A stretch of DNA of 64,000 bases, from positions 14,402-78,401 of IMG/VR virus record IMGVR_UViG_3300045988_098110; one strand, 5' to 3'. Numbering within the stretch: the first letter of the stretch is position 1; each line of letters starts with the position of its first letter. Position numbers and translations under genes: made by a program. Positions 43,946-53,874 of this stretch are shown here, piece after piece. Below the pieces are notes generated by a model that saw only the letters and a list, made by a program, of their open reading frames with translations, did not search any database and was not told the DNA's origin. The DNA comes from a virus.

Positions 43946-46900
43946 ATGAAGAAAGGTGATTTATACATAAAAACATCATCTGTTGATAGTAGCGGGAAAG
44001 AGGTTGTTTCTCTTTTCCCGTCAGAAACTCATGCTCTTAGGCTTGGCTCATATACGTACAATAGCAAGAGAATGGGAGGTGCGCCAACATTAACTGCAAC
44101 AGTGTACTCTCGCAAACCCATTATATGGGAAAAAGACGTATTTGTCGAGTTTCTTGGAGAGCGATACTACGCAAGTTATACTCCGAGCATGAGCGAGGAC
44201 AACACCTCTATGATGTTTAAGTATGACATAGAGTTTGTTTCAAGACGTGAACTGCTTGACAATACACTTTTCTTCGATGTTGTTTCTGACAATGAACAGA
44301 CACAGGATTCAGACAAATATCGCTCAAATCAAACATCGTTCAAATTCGGTGGAACAATAAGCGAGTTCGTTTCTCGCATCAATAGCTCTATGGCCTATTG
44401 TGGACTTTACTTGCCAAACTCGAAAGATAAGGGGTATCATGTTGTTATTGATGAAGGTTACGGGACAGATGATGTAAAAGAGGTTTCTTTTGAGGATCAG
44501 TATCTCTCAAATGTGCTCCAGCTTATCTATTCAACCTTTGGCCTCACCTATTATTGGATTGGTAAAGAGTGTCATGTTGGCAAGCAGCAAAACGACTTGA
44601 GCGTAAGCGGTAATTACGGAAAGAAATACGCGCTTCGTTATGGCAGAAACGATTCCTTTTTGTCGGTTAGTAAACAAAACTCCAACAACAAGATTGTTGA
44701 CATGGTAACTGGCCATGGTTCATCGGACAATATACCTTATTACTATCCGAACGACGACGAGTACGGAAAGGCAGTTTATAGCACAGAAAACTTTGACGAG
44801 TCTTTAGTAAAGAATATAGACCTTGGAAAAGTTTTTGGATGGGACGCAAACATATATAACGACACGCTCATTCTTGGGAATAACAAGAGAAAGGAGTACA
44901 CTGCATCTATCTTCGGTGCATCAAAGTACCTTGTTTCTACCTATTCAACAAAAATTGCAGAAGGCATAGGGGAGTCTGTGCGAAAAGTGGCCTCTACATG
45001 TCAGATGGGCGAAAGGGTGAGTAGCTGGAATAGCGGTTCGTCAAGCCGTCTTGTCGGGGAGAATGTTATGTATCTTATGTTTGAGCTGAACGGTATATCG
45101 AACGGAAGCATCAAGCTTGACGACATTTCATTCAACGCAACCGAGGATGATGGCCAGGAGAAACTTGGACTCACGTTCAAGTACGAAAACTCATATTATG
45201 TGTTTGATGATGCAGATATAAATACCGCATTTAACGCACTAAAAAACGCTGGAAAAGAAAAAGAAAACTCAGGGAATGATGGATATTTCGCTGGTGGCGG
45301 GTCAATAAGCTCTAATGCTTCAAGCTCAAAAGAGTGGGAGTTCGGAGATAGCCTGACAGGTTCATCCAACTACACAAGATCTGACGGAAAGACGGTTGTG
45401 TTCATCAAATCGGGAAAGTGTACAATAGTTATCGGATGCAAGGTTTCCGCTACGAATATTACTGTCGCTTCTGGGACTAAACGTATGACAAATGTATCTA
45501 TGGTTGCCAAAGGCAATTTGTCATACACGTATAAGCCCAAAAGCGTTTACTATTTCGACTATGGCAACGGAAAGAGTATAGGCTACGAAGATAGTGGTGT
45601 CGTTATTAACAACATAGACAGTATACCAAGTAACGAAATTGAGTTTTTCTTCAACGGGATAGAATGGAAGACTTCAAGCAACATCAGTAACAGCGCGTCA
45701 AAAATCCGCATTACTGATCGTGTTTGGATATTGCCTACGCAATACCTAATGCCAAGCATTTACAGGAATAGCCTTGGAGTTGAACGGTTCTATTACGCTC
45801 TTAACGGAACGCACAAAAAGCAAGACGGAAGTGACGAGTATTACTCATTTCAAAACGAGTATAAGCAAGGCAACCCTCATCAAGGAAGCGTGTCTTTTGA
45901 AGACATAAAGCCTACCATAAACGGGGTGAGGAACGATGTTATACAGAAAGACGGACTTGGTCAGTTGTTCGGAGAAATTGCCGATGTTGCCTTTGATAGC
46001 GCAGATAGCGATGTCAAAGACGACAATGACAATTACATACACTCATATTTCTATATCAAACTCCATAAGTTTAGCGGAGAGTTTGGATTTGACCTGTTCA
46101 AGCATGCGTTAGCAAACGAAACGGCAAAGATAAATCTAATCAAGAGCAACGGGTGCCCAGCCTGTTCTTTTGAGATAGGATGTCATTGGGATGCACAAAA
46201 GGCCAACTGTTACAATATTGTGCAGACAGATGAGGATGGAAACTTAAAATCTTACCGTAAAGACTATAATGATTACATCCTTCCCGATGCGTTGGTAGAG
46301 GAGCAGAAGAGAAACCAAAACTCTGAGCTTGAAGAGTTGTGGATATGTGTCAAAAAAGACACATCCACGCTTGGAGTCATTATGCCTAATGCAAGTGCAG
46401 GATTCAAGCCGCAGAAGGGCGACATGTTTGTTATAACAGGAATAAAGCCACCAAAGACTCTTACTACAGCAGCAGAGAAAAGGCTGGATGATGCCTTGAT
46501 AAAATATATGAGTGAGAACAATGAGGATCAATTCAGCTACTCTGTCAAATTCTCACGAATATTCCTTCAGGAAAACAAGGACTTTGCCGAAAAACTAAAC
46601 GAGAACACCAAACTCTCTATTCATATCGACGGAGAGTATGATGATGATGGTAACGAAGTGTTTCATGACGTTTTCGTAAGCGAATACACTGTTAAAGCAG
46701 ATGATAACACTTTGTGCGAAATCAGTGTTTCCCTATCCAACTCACTTTCCGCAACAGAAAGCGATACAAAGAATATTGTCAATGCTGTTAAGGGAGATAT
46801 TCTTCAAGGTATTGCCGGAAGCCTTTCAGGAGTTAGTAGCGGTTTTAACGCAAGCGTAGCCGATAAATACTACCTCTCAAAACGAACGTATGACACCGCT

Positions 46901-49900
46901 CGAGGATATATAGTTTTCAACAAGGGGTTATCCTCAAAAGCAGATGTGAGTATTGAGGGCAATACGTATGTAGACGGAAGCATTTCCGCAAACATGTGGT
47001 TGAAAGTAAAACAAGACGTCACCATAGGAGGTGGCCTTGGTGTGACAGGCAACGCTACGCTGACCGACGTGGTTGTTGATCGTGTGCATGACGCGAAGTC
47101 AACGCCAGCCGAGCGTGTCATCGTGGGGGCGCAGGGCTTCGACCTCTATATGGGCGAGGATGGCAAGAGCCATCTTTACATCGACTACCTCACGGCTCGC
47201 ACGAAGTTCTTTGCGGCCTCTGCCGAGGTGCGCAAGGTGAGCTATTCGGGCGGCACAACGCTCTTCTCCAACGCGGGCAGCACCATCATGAAGGTGGTGG
47301 ATGTGCTCAACGAGAGCAAGGTCGTGATAGCCTACAAGTGTTACGCCCTGGCAGACGACGGCACGACCAAAACGATGAATTGGTGGCATCCGGGCATGAT
47401 GGCTCTTTGCCAGACTTTTAATGTCAAGGCGGGCGATACGGCCAACCTTGCCAATCGTTATTATTGGCGATTGGTGGTTGGAGTAGGCCAAGAAACGCTC
47501 AACGATGGCAAGCTATACGATTATGTCATTCTCTCGAACAAAAAGACCTTCGTCGGCAACGAGGCCGTGGTTCCCGTGGGTTCTACACAGGTCATAGGAT
47601 GGAACGGCCAGCCCTTGGTGTTCGGCAATGTGGCCATCGAGGTTGGCTCTAAAGGCGGCATGGAGAGCTTCGCTACCATGGTGGCCGACTATGAGGGTCT
47701 GACTAACGACGAGTCGGGAACGGCCATCGCCTCCCGTGTGTTCTACGGCTATGAGCCTGCCGCCGATGGTGGAGAGCCCGACGCTCCCCTGCCCTACGAT
47801 GTCATTGTGCAGGCTGGCGATCAGGTGCAATGGGGCAAGTATGGCAACCTCATTAAGCTCACTACCTCTGTGGAGGATGGTGTTGATGCTGCCAACGCTC
47901 CCTCCATAGCCATGTACCATAACATGGGAGCGCCCTATAAGGTGGGCAACATGATCAATCCCTATCAATGGAAAACGCTCACGTCGCTTGACTCGCCTGA
48001 GCTGGTCCTTAAGAACGCCAACAACTTCAAGTTCTTCACCGACGATGACCCCAACAACGTCATCGACCCCATCACGGTATCGTATGAGATAAATGCGAGC
48101 ACCGATTTCGTCATTCGCAAGCCTACCACGCAGACAGCCACGCCCACCGACATGACGTTTACCGTCACCAAGCGCACGGGCAGCAAGACGGAGGATGTCA
48201 CGGCAACCGTCAATCTCTTTGCCGACTACACCACGACCGACGGAGTATCTAAGGCAGATGTGCCCATCAAGCGCCTGGCCGACCTTGGCGTAAGTTTTTA
48301 CACGCTTTCCTCTGTTTTCATCAAGGCAAAGGATAAGAGTGGCGGCGATACGCTTGCCACTCTCAGCATCCCTGTCTTGTCGGATGGCGCACAGGGTAGC
48401 ACAGGAGCGCAAGGACAACCCGGGCAGGATGGCAAGAATGGTGTTGACGGAAAGGACGGGCAAGACGGAAAGACCCCATCGGTTATGTCTACGACCTACA
48501 AGTATGCCGTAACGGCTACTCCTGTGAAGCCTTCAGATAACACTTGGCAAACGACCATGCCTGATCCGTCAAAGAACGAGGGTAAGTTCATGTGGACCAA
48601 GACCACAACGACTTGGAGCACAGGCGATGCGACCGACACCTACACTTGTACCTATATAGGCAAGGATGGCGAGAATGGTACGAGCGTAACCATCAAGGGT
48701 ACGTTTGATAGCGTGTCTCAACTCCCCACAACAGGTAAAGAAAACGAGAGTTACATTATCAATGGAGACTTGTGGGCTTATACAGGAACGAGCAAAGAGG
48801 ATGCCGAGAACCATAACGGATTTACCAATATGGGCCGCATCAAGGGCGAGGATGGCAAATCTGCCATTCAGTACTACATCCATACCGCATGGATGAAGGC
48901 GGCTGACGGCACAGGATTCACCATCGCTAATCCGCAGGGCACGGCCTATCCCTACATCGGCACACTTATCGACACCAACGACAAGGACTCTACGAATTGG
49001 CGTGATTATAAGTGGACCTATGTCAAGGGCGACACAGGTTCAAAAGGCGATAAGGGAGACCAAGGAGAGAGGGGTGAGCAGGGAGAAAAGGGCGAGCAGG
49101 GCTTGCAAGGAGTGAAAGGTGATAAGGGAGAGAAAGGAGACAAGGGCGACCAAGGCTTAAAAGGCGACAAGGGAGAGCGAGGCGAGCAGGGTATCAAGGG
49201 CGACAAGGGCGACCCCGGCAACGATGGCCAGCCCGGCAAGGACGGCACCAATGGCACAAACGGCAAGGATGCCGTGGAGTTCGTCATCAAGGACGCTCCC
49301 ATGGTGTTCGACACGGCCACCGATGGCGTTGTGCCCACCGACACGAGCAAGACCGCCAAGATCTACGTCTACCGTGGTGGCGCGAACGTCAGCACCCAGC
49401 CCATCGCAGGCATCGTTGACCAACAGGGATGCTCTGGCGCAAGGGTGACGAAGTTTTCCGACCATTTCGAGGTGACGCTTGAGGGCCGCTACATCAAGAA
49501 GGATGGCGGTGTGAGCGTGACGAGCGGATATGTCGCCGTGCAACTCACCTACGACGGCAAGGCTTATGTGCAGCAGGTGCCGTTCCTCGTCAATGTGGCG
49601 AAGTTCACGGGCATGGTTAGCTCCAACAACACGGAGCTGAGCAGCAAGTACACCGAACTCTCCAACAAGCAGACGCAGACCGCGAAAGACGTGTCGGGCT
49701 TACAGACTACGCTAAATGGCGTACCCATCAAGAATAATGACGACCTCACCAAGTACACCTCGGAGATTAAGCAGACCGCACGTGAGATTTCTGTCGAGGT
49801 GAGCTCAGAGGCCGTGCGCACAGGCCGTAACATGCTCCTTGGCTCTGATTTCCACCGCCAAGGCTACGGCTATGTGCCCAACGGCACGGCCTTCACGGAG

Positions 49901-51952
49901 AGCAACCTGAAGATACGCACCTACGATGGCTTTGCCGGTTGCAACTCCCTGTTTATCGAGCAGACGGCCATCGGCAACAGCTATGCTGGCGTGAGGTGGG
50001 CCGACGTGCCCGTCACGGGTGGCAAGACCTATGTCATTTCCGCTTGGCTCAAACGCATGAGCGACACCTTCGGCGACCGATGCTCCATCATCGTGCATGA
50101 GTATGCTGGCAACGGCACGACAATAGCGAAGAACAACTCCTTCACGGCGCTTGATGCCGATGCCGACCCGAAGGGCACGTGGCGCAAGAAGGCGTTTACC
50201 GTCACCTTGCAGGCCACCACAACAAGGGTGAACGTCATTTTCTGCCTTGGCTCAACGGGCGCTTTCTCGCTCTGCCAACCGATGATGGAGGAAGGCACGG
50301 AGAGCAACGGGTGGACGCTCGCGACCGCCGACTACGGTTACATCATGGGCAACCGTATTGTTGGCAGTCTTGCGCTCACGAAGAACGCCGCTGCCCTTGC
50401 GCAGGATGGCTCTACGGCAAGCATCGCTGGCCTCTATGGCACGGTAATCAAGGGCGAGGATGGCGTGGCGACGGTGGAACGCGACGCGCAGGCCACCAAG
50501 ACGCAGCTCGCCATCGTGGTGCAGGGCTACCTGAAGGCCAACACCGACTATGTGCTCTCGTTCGATGTTCGTCGCATCGACGGTAAGGATGATGGTTGCG
50601 CCTTCGTGTCTTTTGTGCGCAAGGTGCTCTATTCGGAGCTTTACTCTGGAAAGGTCTCCATCTACTCGAAGGAAAACGGCAACGCCACCGAGAGCGGCTA
50701 CTTGGAGATCAAGCCCTCGGGCGACTGGCAGCGTGTGTGGGTGCATTTCCGTCTGTCGGCGGACTGGACCGACTCGACGGGAAAGAATTTCAACATCGGT
50801 GTTTTTGGAGGCAATGGCACGGGCAACAGCATCCGTGCGCAGTTCCGTCGCCCAAAGTTGGAGGCGTGTGCGGCCATGACCGAGTACACCGACGCGCAGG
50901 CCGACTACATCGAGGACGAGGACATCTCAAAGAAGTTGCGCCGTACTGGTATCGACATCACCAATGAGCGCATCACGCTCGATGCCAAAAAGACCACCGT
51001 CACGGGCGACCTGACGGTTCAGGGCATCATTACCGACTCCACGAGTTATGTGGATATGGACGGCACGCTTTGGTCGCCCAATGACGTGGGCGAGCTGGTG
51101 AACACGAAGAAGAACCTCAGGACCGTTGATGGTGGCGTGTTCGCTCCCATCGACATGACGACCATCAAGAGCCTTCAAATACAGACTGCCGACCCGTCGG
51201 CCTTTGGAGTTGAACCAACGGACCCCTATTTTCCATCGCCAGCCTTAGTGACGCTCCCTATGTATAATGCCGTTGACCTCGGTTGTGGTATTACTATTCC
51301 TGCTTACCGTCGCTCGGGCACGCATGTGCTCATCCGCAACGGCTTCTCGCTCGCTTACGGCATGTGGGCGAAGAGCGCAAGCTGGGGCGACGCTAACAAC
51401 AAGTACACGGCCTTGCGGCAGAACATAGCCAATGCATCTGTCTATATCTGCACAGACCCGCGACTGCTTGCCTTAAGCAACTATGCAGGGAGCACGCCCA
51501 CCATCACGCCCGACGGTCAGGATGACAACGGGGCTTCGGCCACCGCCGAGTGGTTCAAGGGCGGCTGCTTCCTCAATGGTCGTCGTGGCCGATGGATTGC
51601 GCTCCTGCCTGGCCAGGAGATAGAGCTGGTGTCGGTCATCACCATGTGGAAGACGGGCACCAACACCGCCGTGCCATACCTTGCTTGGTATGTGGTGGGC
51701 GGTAGCAACATCGACTGGCTCGACAAGCTCATATCTATCCGTCCGGCTGATAGCGCCTACAATGGCTATGATGGCTATTTTGAGCAAGAAATAACGGGTG
51801 GGCAGAATTTCGGAGTGGGTTCTATCGACAAGTACCGTGACGCTTTCTTCGGGCCTCGCCAACTGAGCGACGGTTACGTTGACGGTCTCGCCGCCCAGAC
51901 GGTGGTTGTCACGCTATCGACAAACGAAGCGCCCTATCTCTCGGTTCAATAA
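43946..51952 (+). CDS. giant tail-tip / fibre (anti-receptor) protein with collagen-like repeats and jelly-roll carbohydrate-binding-like domains
   Basis: 2668 aa. The N-terminus resembles phage minor structural / Tal-type proteins. GXY tracts and two CBM-like segments are listed as separate features. Confidence 0.85.
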   Translation: MKKGDLYIKTSSVDSSGKEVVSLFPSETHALRLGSYTYNSKRMGGAPTLTATVYSRKPIIWEKDVFVEFLGERYYASYTPSMSEDNTSMMFKYDIEFVSRRELLDNTLFFDVVSDNEQTQDSDKYRSNQTSFKFGGTISEFVSRINSSMAYCGLYLPNSKDKGYHVVIDEGYGTDDVKEVSFEDQYLSNVLQLIYSTFGLTYYWIGKECHVGKQQNDLSVSGNYGKKYALRYGRNDSFLSVSKQNSNNKIVDMVTGHGSSDNIPYYYPNDDEYGKAVYSTENFDESLVKNIDLGKVFGWDANIYNDTLILGNNKRKEYTASIFGASKYLVSTYSTKIAEGIGESVRKVASTCQMGERVSSWNSGSSSRLVGENVMYLMFELNGISNGSIKLDDISFNATEDDGQEKLGLTFKYENSYYVFDDADINTAFNALKNAGKEKENSGNDGYFAGGGSISSNASSSKEWEFGDSLTGSSNYTRSDGKTVVFIKSGKCTIVIGCKVSATNITVASGTKRMTNVSMVAKGNLSYTYKPKSVYYFDYGNGKSIGYEDSGVVINNIDSIPSNEIEFFFNGIEWKTSSNISNSASKIRITDRVWILPTQYLMPSIYRNSLGVERFYYALNGTHKKQDGSDEYYSFQNEYKQGNPHQGSVSFEDIKPTINGVRNDVIQKDGLGQLFGEIADVAFDSADSDVKDDNDNYIHSYFYIKLHKFSGEFGFDLFKHALANETAKINLIKSNGCPACSFEIGCHWDAQKANCYNIVQTDEDGNLKSYRKDYNDYILPDALVEEQKRNQNSELEELWICVKKDTSTLGVIMPNASAGFKPQKGDMFVITGIKPPKTLTTAAEKRLDDALIKYMSENNEDQFSYSVKFSRIFLQENKDFAEKLNENTKLSIHIDGEYDDDGNEVFHDVFVSEYTVKADDNTLCEISVSLSNSLSATESDTKNIVNAVKGDILQGIAGSLSGVSSGFNASVADKYYLSKRTYDTARGYIVFNKGLSSKADVSIEGNTYVDGSISANMWLKVKQDVTIGGGLGVTGNATLTDVVVDRVHDAKSTPAERVIVGAQGFDLYMGEDGKSHLYIDYLTARTKFFAASAEVRKVSYSGGTTLFSNAGSTIMKVVDVLNESKVVIAYKCYALADDGTTKTMNWWHPGMMALCQTFNVKAGDTANLANRYYWRLVVGVGQETLNDGKLYDYVILSNKKTFVGNEAVVPVGSTQVIGWNGQPLVFGNVAIEVGSKGGMESFATMVADYEGLTNDESGTAIASRVFYGYEPAADGGEPDAPLPYDVIVQAGDQVQWGKYGNLIKLTTSVEDGVDAANAPSIAMYHNMGAPYKVGNMINPYQWKTLTSLDSPELVLKNANNFKFFTDDDPNNVIDPITVSYEINASTDFVIRKPTTQTATPTDMTFTVTKRTGSKTEDVTATVNLFADYTTTDGVSKADVPIKRLADLGVSFYTLSSVFIKAKDKSGGDTLATLSIPVLSDGAQGSTGAQGQPGQDGKNGVDGKDGQDGKTPSVMSTTYKYAVTATPVKPSDNTWQTTMPDPSKNEGKFMWTKTTTTWSTGDATDTYTCTYIGKDGENGTSVTIKGTFDSVSQLPTTGKENESYIINGDLWAYTGTSKEDAENHNGFTNMGRIKGEDGKSAIQYYIHTAWMKAADGTGFTIANPQGTAYPYIGTLIDTNDKDSTNWRDYKWTYVKGDTGSKGDKGDQGERGEQGEKGEQGLQGVKGDKGEKGDKGDQGLKGDKGERGEQGIKGDKGDPGNDGQPGKDGTNGTNGKDAVEFVIKDAPMVFDTATDGVVPTDTSKTAKIYVYRGGANVSTQPIAGIVDQQGCSGARVTKFSDHFEVTLEGRYIKKDGGVSVTSGYVAVQLTYDGKAYVQQVPFLVNVAKFTGMVSSNNTELSSKYTELSNKQTQTAKDVSGLQTTLNGVPIKNNDDLTKYTSEIKQTAREISVEVSSEAVRTGRNMLLGSDFHRQGYGYVPNGTAFTESNLKIRTYDGFAGCNSLFIEQTAIGNSYAGVRWADVPVTGGKTYVISAWLKRMSDTFGDRCSIIVHEYAGNGTTIAKNNSFTALDADADPKGTWRKKAFTVTLQATTTRVNVIFCLGSTGAFSLCQPMMEEGTESNGWTLATADYGYIMGNRIVGSLALTKNAAALAQDGSTASIAGLYGTVIKGEDGVATVERDAQATKTQLAIVVQGYLKANTDYVLSFDVRRIDGKDDGCAFVSFVRKVLYSELYSGKVSIYSKENGNATESGYLEIKPSGDWQRVWVHFRLSADWTDSTGKNFNIGVFGGNGTGNSIRAQFRRPKLEACAAMTEYTDAQADYIEDEDISKKLRRTGIDITNERITLDAKKTTVTGDLTVQGIITDSTSYVDMDGTLWSPNDVGELVNTKKNLRTVDGGVFAPIDMTTIKSLQIQTADPSAFGVEPTDPYFPSPALVTLPMYNAVDLGCGITIPAYRRSGTHVLIRNGFSLAYGMWAKSASWGDANNKYTALRQNIANASVYICTDPRLLALSNYAGSTPTITPDGQDDNGASATAEWFKGGCFLNGRRGRWIALLPGQEIELVSVITMWKTGTNTAVPYLAWYVVGGSNIDWLDKLISIRPADSAYNGYDGYFEQEITGGQNFGVGSIDKYRDAFFGPRQLSDGYVDGLAAQTVVVTLSTNEAPYLSVQ
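48385..48474 (+). repeat. collagen-like GXY tract 1 (10 triplets, coding)
   Basis: GAQGSTGAQGQPGQDGKNGVDGKDGQDGK. Confidence 0.9.
49028..49270 (+). repeat. collagen-like GXY tract 2 (27 triplets, coding)
   Basis: GDTGSKGDKGDQGERGEQGEKGEQGLQGVKGDKGEKGDKGDQGLKGDKGERGEQGIKGDKGDPGNDGQPGKDGTNGTNGKD. Confidence 0.9.
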
Positions 51953-51974
51953 CAAGCATCAAATCCTATAAAGT

Positions 51975-52772
51975 ATGAAGAAAATAGTTAAAGGTAACGA
52001 TTTCACGCTTCGCATCCCTGTCTGCCGCATGGTGAACGGGGAGGCGGTGCCCTTCCCCTTGCCGGGATGCACCGACATCGTGGTGAACGTGGTGAGCAGC
52101 TACCGCCGACTCTCCCTGCCTTACGCCATCGACGTTTCCGACGACCACATCATCAACGCGCGTGTGGAGGGCGACGCTATCGCTCGTGGCATTTACGCCT
52201 TGGAGGTGAAGGGCAAGTTCCTGGGCAACGACTGGCGAAGCAACGAGTATGAGCAGTTTAGCATCGTGGACAACAACGCTTCGGGCGACACGGCCTTCAC
52301 GCCACAGGAGGGTGAGGACAGCGTGCTGATGGACACGGCCCTCATCATCCTCGCTCCCGACGTGGCGCTGGGCGGACTGATCGCCGATGCCGAGAAAGCC
52401 ATCGCCAAGGTGGACGAAAAGCTGGCCGACGTTGACTCCACGGTTGGCGATGCCGTGCGCAAGGCCGATGCCGCCACTGAGCAGGCCACCACGGCGGCAG
52501 CCAACGCCAACACGCAGGCCGACCGTGCAAAGGCCGTGGCCGACCACCCTGCCAAGATCGGGGAGGACGGCTATTGGTACAGGTGGGACGAGGGGCTGGC
52601 CGACTATGTGCGCACCGACGCGTATAGCCGTGGCTCGCTCGACTTCCCTTCTTTCTACGTTGACAACGACACGGCTGACCTCTACGTGGCTATTACCGAT
52701 GGCAGCGACAAGCGTTTTGAGCTGACGGAGGATGGCGACCTCATCATGCAACCAAACATCATCATTAAATAA
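51975..52772 (+). CDS. tail fibre protein
   Basis: 265 aa with an Ala-rich coiled segment (ATEQATTAAANANTQADRAKA) and a C-terminal RFE..LIM tag. Confidence 0.65.
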   Translation: MKKIVKGNDFTLRIPVCRMVNGEAVPFPLPGCTDIVVNVVSSYRRLSLPYAIDVSDDHIINARVEGDAIARGIYALEVKGKFLGNDWRSNEYEQFSIVDNNASGDTAFTPQEGEDSVLMDTALIILAPDVALGGLIADAEKAIAKVDEKLADVDSTVGDAVRKADAATEQATTAAANANTQADRAKAVADHPAKIGEDGYWYRWDEGLADYVRTDAYSRGSLDFPSFYVDNDTADLYVAITDGSDKRFELTEDGDLIMQPNIIIK

Positions 52773-52781
52773 CATAGAAGT

Positions 52782-53582
52782 ATGAATTACACACCAATCA
52801 AATTAGGGCGTGTGGGCTATGTAAGCAAAGGCGCATACGACGCTGGTACGGTCTACGGCGAGAAAAACACCGTGACCTACCAGAACACCACCTATTGGAG
52901 CAAGCAGGAGAACAACGTTGGCCATGAGCCGCACGGAGAGGATGAGTGGTGGGGCGTTATGGTTGACGGACAGGCGGCCTACGACGCTGCTGACAAGGCC
53001 AACAAGGCGGCCGACCGCGCCAACGCCGCTTCCGAGGAGGAGGAACGCATCAACAAGGCCGTGCAGGAGGCCGAGGCCATTCGTATCCAAGCGGAGAACG
53101 TGCGCATCCAAGCGGAGAAGAATCGTGCGCTGGCCGAGGAGGGACGCTGCACGGCAGAGGCCAACCGCCAGACAGCTGAGGACGGGCGCACCGAGGCCGA
53201 GGGGGAACGTGCCCAGGCGGAGACGCAGCGTGTCTCTTCCGAGGTGTCGCGTGTGTCGGCTGAGAGCATGCGCAAGACCGACGAGGCAACGCGCATCCGT
53301 CAGGAGAATGAACGCAAGGCATCGGAGGATGAGCGCATAGCCAACGAGACCGCTCGCCTTAGCGCAGAGGAGACGAGAGCTGCCTCGGAGCAGCAGCGCG
53401 TCTTAGACGAGCAGGCACGAAACGACGCAGAAGCCGAGCGCATCAAGGCGGCCCAGGATAACAAGACTGCCACAGACCAAGCGGTGAAGGACTGCCAGCA
53501 GGCCGTGGCCGACGCAAAGGTGAGCGTGCGCTTTGACCATGCGTCTAAATCGTTAATCATCAGAACGGGAAGGGAGGGGTGA
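52782..53582 (+). CDS. tail fibre protein with E/R-rich heptad-like repeats
   Basis: The N-terminal YDAGTVYGEKNTVTYQNTTYWSK..EWWG is CBM5/12-like. About 18 xAExxRx units follow. The C-terminus is VRFDHASKSLIIRT. Confidence 0.65.
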   Translation: MNYTPIKLGRVGYVSKGAYDAGTVYGEKNTVTYQNTTYWSKQENNVGHEPHGEDEWWGVMVDGQAAYDAADKANKAADRANAASEEEERINKAVQEAEAIRIQAENVRIQAEKNRALAEEGRCTAEANRQTAEDGRTEAEGERAQAETQRVSSEVSRVSAESMRKTDEATRIRQENERKASEDERIANETARLSAEETRAASEQQRVLDEQARNDAEAERIKAAQDNKTATDQAVKDCQQAVADAKVSVRFDHASKSLIIRTGREG

Positions 53583-53586
53583 GCGT

Positions 53587-53865
53587 ATGGCTGATTCTTT
53601 GAACACAGTAAATGTCGTAGCCCTCACGGAAGCAGCCGACCTCAAGGATGGCGACACCCTGTTGCTTATCCGCGACGATGGTCAGGGAGGTAAGACGTGC
53701 TACCGCATCGAGGGACGGTCGTTCCGTGGCAAGAGCGCCTATGAGGTGGCGAAGGAGAATGGCTATACGGGTACGGAAAACGACTGGGCGGCACAGGCCG
53801 CCAAGGTCGCCAATTTCAATGTCCGCTTTGACCCAAGTTCAAAAAGTTTAATCATCAAAAAATAA
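53587..53865 (+). CDS. small tail-fibre-associated protein
   Basis: GKSAYEVAKENGYTGTENDWAAQ is the common fibre SAYE motif. The C-terminus is VRFDPSSKSLIIKK. Confidence 0.6.
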   Translation: MADSLNTVNVVALTEAADLKDGDTLLLIRDDGQGGKTCYRIEGRSFRGKSAYEVAKENGYTGTENDWAAQAAKVANFNVRFDPSSKSLIIKK

Positions 53866-53874
53866 GATAGAATT

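Noticed and set aside
48385-49270. 9-nt periodic repeats that could be mistaken for a tandem-repeat array or CRISPR-like array.
   Set aside because: They are in-frame GXY collagen-like codons inside the giant ORF, with no spacer/repeat architecture. No CRISPR array is visible anywhere in the window.
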